DNA from: an uncultured Gammaproteobacteria bacterium
GTDB lineage: Bacteria > Pseudomonadota > Gammaproteobacteria > UBA9214
Direction: 5' to 3'
Assembly (NCBI GenBank): GCA_963773065.1
Contig: CAVYZN010000026.1
Coordinates: forward strand, 32,001 to 96,000
DNA length: 64,000 bases
Shown here piece after piece: positions 19,762 through 29,268 of this stretch; the stretch's first letter is position 1; every line of letters begins with the position of its first letter. A program made the translations under genes and the position numbers. The notes beneath the pieces are model-generated. The model made no database searches. It was not told the DNA's origin and was given only the letters and a program-made list of their open reading frames with translations.

Positions 19762-21035
19762 GACGCCGCGGGACCGAACTCCAGTCGCGCGGAGGTGCCC
19801 TGCGCCTCGCGGCTCTCGATCGCCAGCGTCCAGCCGTAGCGATCGCAGATGCGCTTGGTGAGCGACAATCCGATGCCGCTGCCGGTGCTGGCGGCGCCCT
19901 TGTAGTAGCGCTGGAACACGCGGCCGATTTCCTCGGCCTTGATGCCGATGCCGGTGTCCGACACCACCAACCGGCTGCTTTCCAGCCGTATCGTCACCCG
20001 GCCGGTTTCCGTGTAGGCGAAGGCGTTGCGGATCAGGTTGCCGACGACGACGGCAAACAGCGCCGGCTCCGCCGCCAGATGCGGGTGGGCGCCTATATCC
20101 ACCTCGACCGTCGTGCCGCGGGAACCCAGCAGATGGCGGCTGCGCTCGACGCAATCGTGCAGCACGACCGCCGCATCGCAGTCCGCCTCCGAAGGCCGAT
20201 CCGCTTCCTCTTCACGCGCCAGCAACAGCAGGGAGCGGATCAGTTCCGTCATCTCGGCGGCGGCACGCTCGATGCGGGTGACGCGCTGGCACTGGCCCTC
20301 GTCCAGACGCGCATCCTCCTGCAGCACCTCGCTCGCTCCCTGGATCACCGCCAGCGGCGTGCGCAATTCGTGGCTGACGTCGGCGACGAAGGCGCGCTCA
20401 CGCTCGATGAAGGCGCGCAGGCGCGCCAGATACTGGTCGAAGACGCCGGCCAGTTCGCCGACCTCGTCCGCCGGCGCCTCGGCGTCCGCCAGTTGCGCCG
20501 GCTGATGGGGATCGGCGGAACGCACCCGCTGCGCCAGTTCCGTCACCGGCGCGATCACCCGGCCGGCGAGCCACAAGCCGCCCACCGCCGAGAGGACGGT
20601 CATGGCGAGCGCGCCGGCGATGAGATAGAAAAGGAAGCGGCTCTCCCGCGTGACCTGCTGCGCTTCGTTGAACATGAGAAAGAAGCGTTCGCCTTCGCGC
20701 TGCATCACCACCACGCGATAGGGAACCCCATCGAGCCGGATCTCGTGCCAGCCCTCCGGCAGCGATCGCACCGCGGAGGGAATTTCCTCGCCCGCCTCAT
20801 CCCCGCCCACGACATAGCCGCGCAACGTCAGCGAGGACGGCGGCAGCGAATGGGGATTGCGCGTGCGCCGCGCCATGTAGTCCTCGACCTCGGCGTGCAG
20901 CGTCTCGTCGATCAGACGCCGGGAGACGTCGTGGGCCGCGAGGAACAGGCCGCTGGCCAGGACCAGGCTCACCACGGCGCCGAAGGCGGCGAAGGCAATC
21001 GCGACGCGTAGGCGCAGACTATGGCGGCGGCGCAT
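19758..21035 (-). CDS. HAMP-containing sensor histidine kinase
   Basis: Two TM helices, DVSHELRTPL, NLIRNA, DTGIGI, GSGIGL. Confidence 0.92.
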   Translation of the reverse strand: MRRRHSLRLRVAIAFAAFGAVVSLVLASGLFLAAHDVSRRLIDETLHAEVEDYMARRTRNPHSLPPSSLTLRGYVVGGDEAGEEIPSAVRSLPEGWHEIRLDGVPYRVVVMQREGERFFLMFNEAQQVTRESRFLFYLIAGALAMTVLSAVGGLWLAGRVIAPVTELAQRVRSADPHQPAQLADAEAPADEVGELAGVFDQYLARLRAFIERERAFVADVSHELRTPLAVIQGASEVLQEDARLDEGQCQRVTRIERAAAEMTELIRSLLLLAREEEADRPSEADCDAAVVLHDCVERSRHLLGSRGTTVEVDIGAHPHLAAEPALFAVVVGNLIRNAFAYTETGRVTIRLESSRLVVSDTGIGIKAEEIGRVFQRYYKGAASTGSGIGLSLTKRICDRYGWTLAIESREAQGTSARLEFGPAAS

Positions 21036-21717
21036 CGCTGTCCGTGATCTGCCAACCGCGCCCGCGCAGCGTGCGCAGCAGCGGCTTCTCGAAAGGCTTG
21101 TCGATGGCGGCGCGCAGCACATGGACGTGCGCCCGCAGGGCGTCGCTGTCGGGCGGCGTATCGCCCCACACCGCCCGCTCGATTTCCTCGCGCGCGAGCA
21201 CGCGCGGGGCCGCGCGCATCAACTGCTCGAGGATGCGCAACGGGATCGGCGGCAGTTCGATCGGTCGCGCGCCGCGGCTCACCCTCAGGGTGGCGGTGTC
21301 CAACACGAGATCCGCGACCCGCAGCTTCTGGCGCGGGTCCTGCGCGGAAGCGCGCCGCGCCAGCGCCCTGAGCCGCGCCTCCAGTTCGCGCAGGGCGAAG
21401 GGCTTGACGACGTAGTCGTCGGCTCCCGATTCGAGACCGATGATCTTGTCGTCCAGCGAGTCACGCGCGGTCAGCATCAGCACCGGTGTGGATCGGCCCG
21501 CCTCCTCGCGCAGCTTGCGGCACAGCGTGATGCCATCCATGCCCGGCAGCACCAGATCCAGAACGATCGCGTCGTAGGCATGCGTGACGGCAAGATGCAG
21601 GCCGGTCACGCCGTCGCCGGCGGCGTCAACCAGATGGCCCTTCGCCCCCAGGAAATCCACGAGGTTCGCTGCCAGATCCTGGTTGTCTTCGATCACGAGT
21701 ACGCGCAATGCGGTCAT
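21019..21717 (-). CDS. OmpR-family response regulator
   Basis: IED, LDLVLPGMDG, GADDYVVKPF, winged helix ending TLRGRGW. Confidence 0.93.
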   Translation of the reverse strand: MTALRVLVIEDNQDLAANLVDFLGAKGHLVDAAGDGVTGLHLAVTHAYDAIVLDLVLPGMDGITLCRKLREEAGRSTPVLMLTARDSLDDKIIGLESGADDYVVKPFALRELEARLRALARRASAQDPRQKLRVADLVLDTATLRVSRGARPIELPPIPLRILEQLMRAAPRVLAREEIERAVWGDTPPDSDALRAHVHVLRAAIDKPFEKPLLRTLRGRGWQITDSDAPPP

Positions 21718-21798
21718 TGGCGCATCGTATCAGCGACGCATCGCGGAGGTCCATGCCCCGAGCGGTCTCTCATCTTCGCGCGGCGGCGTCGGTGACTG

Positions 21799-21874
21799 GA
21801 AAAATGGGTCAAAGCCCTTATTCTTTGGAGTCAGAAAACAGAAAAGGCAAGAAAAGGGCTTTGATCCCTTTTTC
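21799..21874. repeat. Short inverted-repeat element
   Basis: GGGTCAAAGCCCTTATTCTT / AAGAAAAGGGCTTTGATCCC. Confidence 0.6.
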
Positions 21875-22008
21875 GCACGGCCACTGTGACCGTTCCCATT
21901 GGTTTGGGCATGTAACAATCGTCGGATGAGGGCACGGATTCGTGCCGGCCGGTTTACGAGCTGGCGTTATGCGAGTATCCCGGATTCCCGGTTAAAACGA
22001 GCGGTGCT

Positions 22009-23286
22009 TTATTTGGCGAAGCACCGTGGACCCGCGATCGCACGCCTGAACAGGCGTTGCGCCTTGTTCCAGAGCAGATCCTGCGTGGAATCAATGAATG
22101 GCCGCGGATCACCCCAGTCGGCAACGGCCCACAGCTTCTCTCCCGCGAGTGACTTGAGCCAATCTAAAAAGGAAAGCGTACCCTCGCGGTGATACTGCCT
22201 GAAGGCTCGGTAGTCGAGTACCATCGCCACCCATTTCACGCCGGCCCGGTAGCTCGGGCACCGCTCGACCTCCTGGTCATTCGCATCGAGGTAGGCGATG
22301 TAGGGAATGTCCATGCCGCAGCGTTTTGCCAGGATATCCCAAAGACCAAACCTTGCATTGAACTCGATGGCCTTGAACCGCCCATCCCGATCGTCAAGCT
22401 TGTACTCGATCCCCAAGAGCCCCCGGTATCCAATCGCATTCAGAAAGCGCAGGCTGGTGTCTATGATTTCCTGATGATGAACGCTTATAACGAAACTGGC
22501 GCTACCCAGATGGATTGGCTCACATCGCAGCTTCTGACCCACGAAAGCCGCCAGCGGCCTTGCCTTTTGATCAATATAGCCACAGCAATAATAAAGCGCA
22601 CTGTCCGGGCCCGGGATCAGTTCCTGGATGACAAGCGACGGGTTCACACGGGCAACCCTGTCGTACTTATCAAACAATTGCACGGTATCGTTTACGCGCA
22701 GTGCCTTGGTACCCGGTCCCACGACGGCAACCATGTCGGGGTGTTTCCAGTCGTGAGAGTGCGTGGGCTTTATAACGGCGGGTAATATCAGCTGGTCCAG
22801 GCGCGCCTCGACCTCGGCCCGATCTGTGGGGAAGAATGTTTGCGGCGCCGGGACACCGTGAAGCGTGCAGAGCCGGTCGTAGCCATCCTTACTCACCAGC
22901 GCCTTCATGAGATCCGTATCCGGCATTACACAGCGATAATAAGGCGCCAGCACCTCCCGGTGCCGCGTGTAGAACAGTACGGTGTTGTCACCCGTGGGAA
23001 AAAAGACCGCCCGTCTGCCGAGAAGCCGCCCCAGTTCGAGCAGAAAACTCAGGTAATCCTGCTCGGCTTTTTTCTGGTCCGGGCATTGAAGCGCGCAACA
23101 ATACCTCGAGGACATGCCCAACTGCCGGGGGTCAGGGTCGAGGGCCACCACGGGAATACCGCGCCGGCCCAGGCTGCGCGCGATGCCAAGCCCCGAAAAG
23201 CTCATGTAGGACAGCACTACGGGTGCCAGGCTGGTGTTCCGGAATGAGTCCGGCAGGGAGTCCTTTAGTGTCATGAAATCTTCCAT
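22009..23286 (-). CDS. ATP-grasp carboxylate-amine ligase (D-aspartate ligase-like)
   Basis: GLGIARSLG, SRY, PAVIKP, IQELIPG, EYKLD.RDG.FK.IEFNAR. Confidence 0.85.
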   Translation of the reverse strand: MEDFMTLKDSLPDSFRNTSLAPVVLSYMSFSGLGIARSLGRRGIPVVALDPDPRQLGMSSRYCCALQCPDQKKAEQDYLSFLLELGRLLGRRAVFFPTGDNTVLFYTRHREVLAPYYRCVMPDTDLMKALVSKDGYDRLCTLHGVPAPQTFFPTDRAEVEARLDQLILPAVIKPTHSHDWKHPDMVAVVGPGTKALRVNDTVQLFDKYDRVARVNPSLVIQELIPGPDSALYYCCGYIDQKARPLAAFVGQKLRCEPIHLGSASFVISVHHQEIIDTSLRFLNAIGYRGLLGIEYKLDDRDGRFKAIEFNARFGLWDILAKRCGMDIPYIAYLDANDQEVERCPSYRAGVKWVAMVLDYRAFRQYHREGTLSFLDWLKSLAGEKLWAVADWGDPRPFIDSTQDLLWNKAQRLFRRAIAGPRCFAK

Positions 23287-23299
23287 GTAAAATGCTTAA

Positions 23300-23465
23300 G
23301 GAAGGTCTTATGTGTGGTCATTGCGACGACTGCATGGATGCAGGAGGTAGAGTAACGCATGGAGCAGTTACCGAGGAACAAAGTGACAAAGCAATCCCTA
23401 AACGACTGATTCTAATCAATGAGATTGCCGCGCTGCGCTCGCAATGACGACTCTTGATAGCTTCC
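23300..23465. mobile_element. Composite MITE (IS5-type ends) with nested repeats
   Basis: TTAA on both sides (23296-99, 23466-69), GGAAG...CTTCC ends, internal GTCATTGCGA...TCGCAATGAC hairpin, itself split by a 45-bp insert flanked by CGA. Confidence 0.7.
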
Positions 23466-23779
23466 TTAAAAGTGCAGTGAGAATATCGACTTGTCCGCCA
23501 CCTGTCTATTCATTTTCCCGACCGCGACAGTCAACAACCTGGCCGTATCAATCCGTATGCAGTGCCTGCCTGCTGCAGCTTCCAGGCTTATCACCAGCTC
23601 CCGCTACCGCTTCTCTGCAACCCTTCTTCGAGCTGTGGCCTCTTCCCTCCACCCGCATTTCCCGGCCTCAGCCTCCCAGATACTGCGAGCCTGCCGCAAC
23701 CCCACACGGTCCGGCAACGTCCTCACGGGTTGCCGGTTAGTGGACGTGCCCCACCACGGCAAGCTTTCCCGTTCAGAAC

Positions 23780-25129
23780 TTTGTCATCTCAACCCAACAC
23801 CACCTCGATGCGATACTCCCCGCCGGCCGTGGGCAGGGTGATACGCGCGAGGCCGTCGGTGATCGGCTCATCCCGGCCGTCCAGGCGGGCGGCGATCACC
23901 TGCCCGCCGCCGTGTGGATTCTCGACCGCGATCGCGCACTGCGTTGCGCCATCGGGCAGGCGGTAGCGCAGGCGAAACCCGGGCCAGTCGGCCGGGATGC
24001 AGGGGCGGATCAGGAGGGTGCGTCCCTGCGTCACGCGCAGGCCGAGCACCGACTCCAGCGCCGCGCGATACAGCCAGCCAGCGGATCCGGTGTACCAGCT
24101 CCAGCCGCCGCGCCCGACATGCGGCGGCTCGCCATAGACATCCGCCGCCACCACGTAGGGTTCCAGCCGGTAGGTCGCGACCCGCTCCGCGGTGACCGTA
24201 TGACTGACCGGGCTCAGCATCTCCAGCACGCGCGCGGCGCGCTCGTTGCGCCCGAGCTCCGCCAGCGCCATCACCACCCAGCACGCCGCGTGGGTGTACT
24301 GGCCGCCATTCTCGCGCACGCCGGCGACATAGCCCTTGATGTAACCGGGGTCGTGCGGAGTGTCGACGAAGGCCGGTGTCAACAGGCGCACGATGCCATC
24401 AGTCTCCGAGATCAACTGCCGTTCCACCGCGTCCATGGCCTGTTCCGCCCGCGCGCGCGGCGCCGCGCCGGAGATGACCGACCAGGACTGTGCCAGGGCG
24501 TCGATGCGGCACTCCGCATCGCCCTCGCAGCCGAGCGGCGTGCCGTCGTCGTAGTAGGCGCGGCGATACCAGGCGCCGTCCCAGCCGCTGGCCTCCAGGA
24601 CCTCCGCGAGGCGGGCACGGTAGTCACGGTAACGGGCGAGGCGCGCCGGGTCGTCGCGGCGCTCGCACAGCGGCAGAAAGTCGCCGAGGATGCGGTAGAG
24701 AAAAAAGCCGAGCCAGACGCTCTCGCCGCGCCCTTCCCGCCCGACGCGGTTCATGCCGTCGTTCCAGTCGCCCGTGCCCATCAGCGGCAAGCCGTGGGCG
24801 CCGCGCGTGAGCGAACGGTCGAGGGCACGGCAGCAGTGCTCGTAGAGGTCGGCGGTGTCGGTTCCGACCTGCGGCGACAGGTACACCTCGTCCTCGCCGG
24901 GTTCCAGCAGCCGCGCATCGAGAAACGGCGCGCGCGCCTCGAGGATGGCGGCATCGCCGGTGACGTCGATGTAGTGGCTGGTGACATAGGGCAGCCACAG
25001 GAGATCATCCGAGAAGCGGGTGCGCAGCCCGCGCTCCAGCGGCGCGGGATGCCACCAGTGCAGCACGTCACCCTCCACGAACTGGTGGGCGGCGTGCAGC
25101 AGGAGCTGCGCCCGGGTCAGCTCCGGGCG
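23780..25129. repeat. 1.35-kb direct repeat, copy 1 (copy 2 at 34778-36127)
   Basis: Offset 10998 bp; four substitutions seen (24600, 24936, 24970, 25070). Confidence 0.92.
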
Positions 25130-25148
25130 CACGCCTACCAGCGCGGCA
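23789..25148 (-). pseudogene. 5'-truncated duplicate of the GH94 phosphorylase catalytic domain
   Basis: Nearly identical to 34787-36146; [24 protein letters not shown]; homology ends abruptly near 25148. Confidence 0.85.
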
Positions 25149-25238
25149 TGACAAAAGGGGGCAAAGCCCATTTCTTGCTTACTGCGCTTACTTTTGATAA
25201 TTGGTAACATGGGTTTTGCGTTCAACCCAGTTTACCTC

Positions 25239-25994
25239 CTAACTCGTCTTGACTCCTTTGAACAGCGCTCCAATTGTATTGGTCGCAGTTCGATAACCCG
25301 TGAAACCAGCAAGTTCCACATCGATAAATCCGGCTTTGGCTAATATTGACAAGAATGTGTCGGGATTTAGGGTACCAGATACACAGTTGGCCCAAGACTC
25401 TTCACCAGTACAGCAAGCAGGAGGCTCAGTGGACGGGTTGCGTACCATGTCGGCCATCTGCAGACGGCCGCCGGGCCGCAGCACCCGGAATGCTTCTTCC
25501 AGTACGGCATGCTTGTCCTCAGCCAGATTGACGGCCCCATTGGAAATAACAACATCAGCAGTGCAATCTGGCAGGGGCAGTTCCGTCATCTCCGCCTCAT
25601 GAAATACAGCCTGCGAAAGTCCGCATGCTGTTGCGTTTTCACTAGCCTTTGTGACCATCGCCGGCGTGCAGTCTACGCCGAAGACCTTTCCCTCTTTTCC
25701 GACCAGCAGTGCTGCAACACAGGCATCAGCACCCGCGCCGCAACCAACATCGACAACTGTTTCTCCAGTGTGAAGCGGACCCAGACTAAATGGATTACCC
25801 ACCGCAGCGGCTGATTCCCAGACGGTATCCGGCAAGCGATTCAGCCACTCCTCGGCATAGCCCAGAATGCGGGCATTCTCCTTCCCCTTTCCCCAGCCAA
25901 AATCCTTTTCCGGATGTTGTGCCAACTCTGTGTATAGCAAACGAACCTGTTCGAGCGGATTTTCAGTCAAACAATCGTTGTCGCATTGATTCAT
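25239..25994 (-). CDS. ArsM-related SAM-dependent methyltransferase
   Basis: AVGNPF, VVDVGCGAGAD, DVVISNGAVNL, WANCVSG. Confidence 0.8.
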   Translation of the reverse strand: MNQCDNDCLTENPLEQVRLLYTELAQHPEKDFGWGKGKENARILGYAEEWLNRLPDTVWESAAAVGNPFSLGPLHTGETVVDVGCGAGADACVAALLVGKEGKVFGVDCTPAMVTKASENATACGLSQAVFHEAEMTELPLPDCTADVVISNGAVNLAEDKHAVLEEAFRVLRPGGRLQMADMVRNPSTEPPACCTGEESWANCVSGTLNPDTFLSILAKAGFIDVELAGFTGYRTATNTIGALFKGVKTS

Positions 25995-26002
25995 GGATCG
26001 TC

Positions 26003-26806
26003 CTACTCAGGTTTGACTGCCTCAATGTAGGCAGAGACTACATAGTCTTCCACGCCGCTACCTGGCACCCAGTCCTTGATGAACTCGCGCGACTCATCTT
26101 TGGGGGTGATACGGATTTCGCTGAAGCTTGCTACCTCAAGCATTGTCTGTAATTCATCAACAAGGGCAGCGCCTGCAACGCAGCAAGCATGGAGATGAGA
26201 ATCGCCTTTCACCTCATCCGAAAGCTCGGCTGTAGCTACCACGTCGGAGATGGCCAGTCGGCCCCCCGGCCTGAGCACCCTGTAGGTTTCGCGGAAAACC
26301 TGAGCTTTGTGGGGTGAGAGGTTAATCACACAGTTGGAAATAATCACATCCACACTACAATCGGCGACAGGCAGGTGCTCGATTTCTCCAAGGCGGAATT
26401 CCACGTTACTGAAACCTGCCTTTTCGGCATTGTGCCTTGCCTTATCCACCATGGCGGGTGTCATATCCACGCCGATAACCCGGCCACGTTCTCCCACTTC
26501 ATGCGCTGCCAGAAAGGCGTCGAAGCCGCCACCGCTACCCAGGTCCAACACCACCTCGCCTGCTTGTAGACTGGCAATCGCGCGGGGATTGCCACATCCC
26601 AGCCCCATATCTGCGCCATCAGGGATATTGATGAGATCATCCTCTGAATAGCCAAGGCGGGTGGAATGCACCGGATTGATGTCGGCTGATACCCCGCAGC
26701 AACTGGATACTGCACCGCAGCGCTCGCTGACATCACTGGCTTCGGCAACCTTGGCGTAGCTGTCGCGTACCGACTGCCGGATTTCATCTGCCTGTTCTTG
26801 ACTCAT
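26003..26806 (-). CDS. arsM: Arsenite methyltransferase
   Basis: SCCG, GLGCGNP, LDLGSGGGFD, ISNCVINL, ACCVAGA. Confidence 0.88.
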   Translation of the reverse strand: MSQEQADEIRQSVRDSYAKVAEASDVSERCGAVSSCCGVSADINPVHSTRLGYSEDDLINIPDGADMGLGCGNPRAIASLQAGEVVLDLGSGGGFDAFLAAHEVGERGRVIGVDMTPAMVDKARHNAEKAGFSNVEFRLGEIEHLPVADCSVDVIISNCVINLSPHKAQVFRETYRVLRPGGRLAISDVVATAELSDEVKGDSHLHACCVAGAALVDELQTMLEVASFSEIRITPKDESREFIKDWVPGSGVEDYVVSAYIEAVKPE

Positions 26807-26839
26807 ATTTCCTCCTCACCCATATGACGAAATTCTGCC

Positions 26840-26880
26840 TTGACAAGGTATTGGACTCGCCTAATCATATCAAAGTATGA
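26840..26880 (+). promoter_or_regulatory. Candidate ArsR operator and promoter
   Basis: TTGACA at 26840-45 and inverted repeat TCATA-N6-TATGA at 26865-80 in the divergent arsM/arsR gap. Confidence 0.5.
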
Positions 26881-27198
26881 GTGTATGAACATATGAGCAT
26901 TGACACATATTCTCGCACCGAAGTCAAGCGTCTTGGTCAGATTTTCAAGCTGCTGTCGGAACCTAATCGACTGCGTATTATCTTATCGCTAGGCTTGGAA
27001 TGCCGCCCGGTATCCAACATCGTTGATGACACCGGCATGAGCCAGACGAACGTATCGTTTCATCTGCGGACGCTGCGAGAGGCTGGTTTAGTTCGCCCTG
27101 AGCGACGGGGAGCCTTTATCTACTATTGCCTGCCCGACAGGCGGTTACTCTCTCTGCTGGACGACTTGCGCACATGGCTGAAGCATCAGCACGAATAG
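26881..27198 (+). CDS. arsR: ArsR/SmtB family transcriptional regulator
   Basis: FKLLSEPNRLRII, SQTNVSFHLRTLREAGLV, YYCL. Confidence 0.9.
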   Translation: MYEHMSIDTYSRTEVKRLGQIFKLLSEPNRLRIILSLGLECRPVSNIVDDTGMSQTNVSFHLRTLREAGLVRPERRGAFIYYCLPDRRLLSLLDDLRTWLKHQHE

Positions 27199-27730
27199 AC
27201 AGCGGCTGATCTTGATTAGCAGAATACTTGCAAGAGACTACCGTTCAGGCAAATAAAACCTGGCGAGATATTACAATGGTCAATAGCATTTATTGCTAGA
27301 CCCGTGTCAAAAGCAGAACTGGGAATGTGTGTCCGAAAAGCGCTTTATTGAAGAAGGCTGATTATCGGAAGTATGGCCGACAGTCGGAGCCTGATACCTA
27401 CATTGCAGATATCCAATCTGCTTTTCCTTCCAAACATTCGATCTGAGAAGCTTAACTTCCGGGGTGGGTCGATGGCTGACGATTGCCCTCTGAACCAGAA
27501 TGTCCGGCATCAGTAACCTTACAGACATCCAGGCCTACGATGCACACCCTCCCCCTAGCCCTTCGCACCGCGCTCTGATCCGTCGCCTACCGCTACCTGG
27601 CACTGCGTCCTTGGGGAACGGTTGCTGGGAACTCTATGGGGTGTGACTGCGGGCGTCGAGCTCATTGCGTAGGGCTACGTCTTAACTGGATGCCGCGCAG
27701 CGTAATCCGGGGCATGGCCCTCTGCCCTGC

Positions 27731-28951
27731 CTATACAATGCGCGGATCGAGCTTCCGTGTGCAAGCAGGCCTGAACCAGGCTGCGAGGGTGCCGGTCAAC
27801 ACGCCCAGTACTCGCAATGCCCAGGACAGCGGAGCCAGCAGGAAAAGGGCCAGGCGCAAGGCAATCGAGAGGGCGATAAACCAGAACACGAACTGCACCA
27901 ACCATGGATTAATGCCCAGCCAGTCTCCTAACTCTGCTAGGGTTGCATTAATCAATTCTGGATGGGTAATCATGAGGTAGATTACCGTGGGTATGGCTCC
28001 GAGACGGGCGATGGCGACTCCCAGCCGCCCGCCGCGTGCCAGTACCCGTGACCCAAACACAGCCACTCGCCGGGAGAACCCACCAGCGCGCGCTGCAGCG
28101 GCGCCCGGTGCCGCAGCCCTCGCTGCCCGTACTGCCTTGAGTAGTTTCACAGTCGAGGCGATGACAATTACATCCAGAGCGGCCCAGCCAACATCCGAAC
28201 CCTCAATCTTTTCCCCCTGTCGCCACTTGGTTTCCAGACCTCGCACACTGCCCAAGAAGAAGCCCGAAGAACCCTCCATCACCCGCTCGGTTTGCACCCA
28301 GTCGGCCTTACCTTTACGAGTTACGACAAACTGCCCTAGGAAGTCATAGCCATCCTCTTGCAGGAATTGAATGGCGTACCAACCGCGGTCATCTGCGGTC
28401 AGTTTATGTTCTGTTGCCGTAGTAGGCGGTGCAGCATCCATCGGTGTCTGGCCATTAGGCATTGGTACCGTGGAAAGGGGCTCCGGAGCAAGGGGCGCGT
28501 TACCCCCCGTTGTGCACATCAGTCGGCCATATTGGTGTTTAACCTCCTCTATCCACTCGCTCAGAGTATGTCGCATATTCAATGAGGTCAGGTCGTGGTC
28601 TATGAAGTACCCAATGGGTGGTAGAACCGCCTCCCCATATTTCAGCAGCACCTCCTGAAACTGGGGCTCGTCACCGTAGATAGGCAGAATACGACGTGCC
28701 AGGTCGGGGTATCTCATGAGCGCTAGCCGTGCCTTGAGGAGCAGCGGCTCGTTGTCAGCATAGTCGAGCAGCAGGGCCTGGATCTCCAACGGCTCTGCCG
28801 CGATCTGTGACGCCTCCTCCCCAAAAGATTGTCGGACTGCCACCTCGATCAACTGGTCTTCATAAGGGCGTGTGGATGAGCCGCCGGTCATCCATGCGGC
28901 GCTGGCAGCAACCAGACAGGTCAGCAGAAGGGTCGTTGGATTCAGCTTCAT
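27731..28951 (-). CDS. Hypothetical membrane protein
   Basis: 406-aa ORF with GGAGGT RBS, N-terminal signal or TM helix and several C-terminal hydrophobic helices. Confidence 0.7.
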   Translation of the reverse strand: MKLNPTTLLLTCLVAASAAWMTGGSSTRPYEDQLIEVAVRQSFGEEASQIAAEPLEIQALLLDYADNEPLLLKARLALMRYPDLARRILPIYGDEPQFQEVLLKYGEAVLPPIGYFIDHDLTSLNMRHTLSEWIEEVKHQYGRLMCTTGGNAPLAPEPLSTVPMPNGQTPMDAAPPTTATEHKLTADDRGWYAIQFLQEDGYDFLGQFVVTRKGKADWVQTERVMEGSSGFFLGSVRGLETKWRQGEKIEGSDVGWAALDVIVIASTVKLLKAVRAARAAAPGAAAARAGGFSRRVAVFGSRVLARGGRLGVAIARLGAIPTVIYLMITHPELINATLAELGDWLGINPWLVQFVFWFIALSIALRLALFLLAPLSWALRVLGVLTGTLAAWFRPACTRKLDPRIV

Positions 28952-29268
28952 AAGTCACCTCCGGGGGAGCATAAGGAGAATAGAAGCCCATTTCTCTGAA
29001 GTCCACGACCATCGAGCTACCGGACATTGTGCCTGGGCCGTTGTCCTGAGCCCTCCGCCCCTGACACTATTGCACAGTACGCCAAACGCACCTCCCGACC
29101 CTCCCGTGCAGGGAATGATCCTACCACCACCCTGGATTGCCAGTACGTCTTGAGCTGGTTAGTCCTGAGAATGAGAATAGACTAGATTATCGAGCAATCT
29201 TGGTTTCAGCTGGCTATGCCAGGGTAGGATTTCGTTTAGGTCAACCTCATCACAGGATATTCAACTCC

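Noticed and set aside
25149-25225. N-terminus MNAKPMLP... making the duplicated GH94 fragment a functional gene
   Set aside because: Non-homologous AT-rich junction sequence with no clear RBS; the fragment lacks the N-terminal domains and the RDQLQD motif
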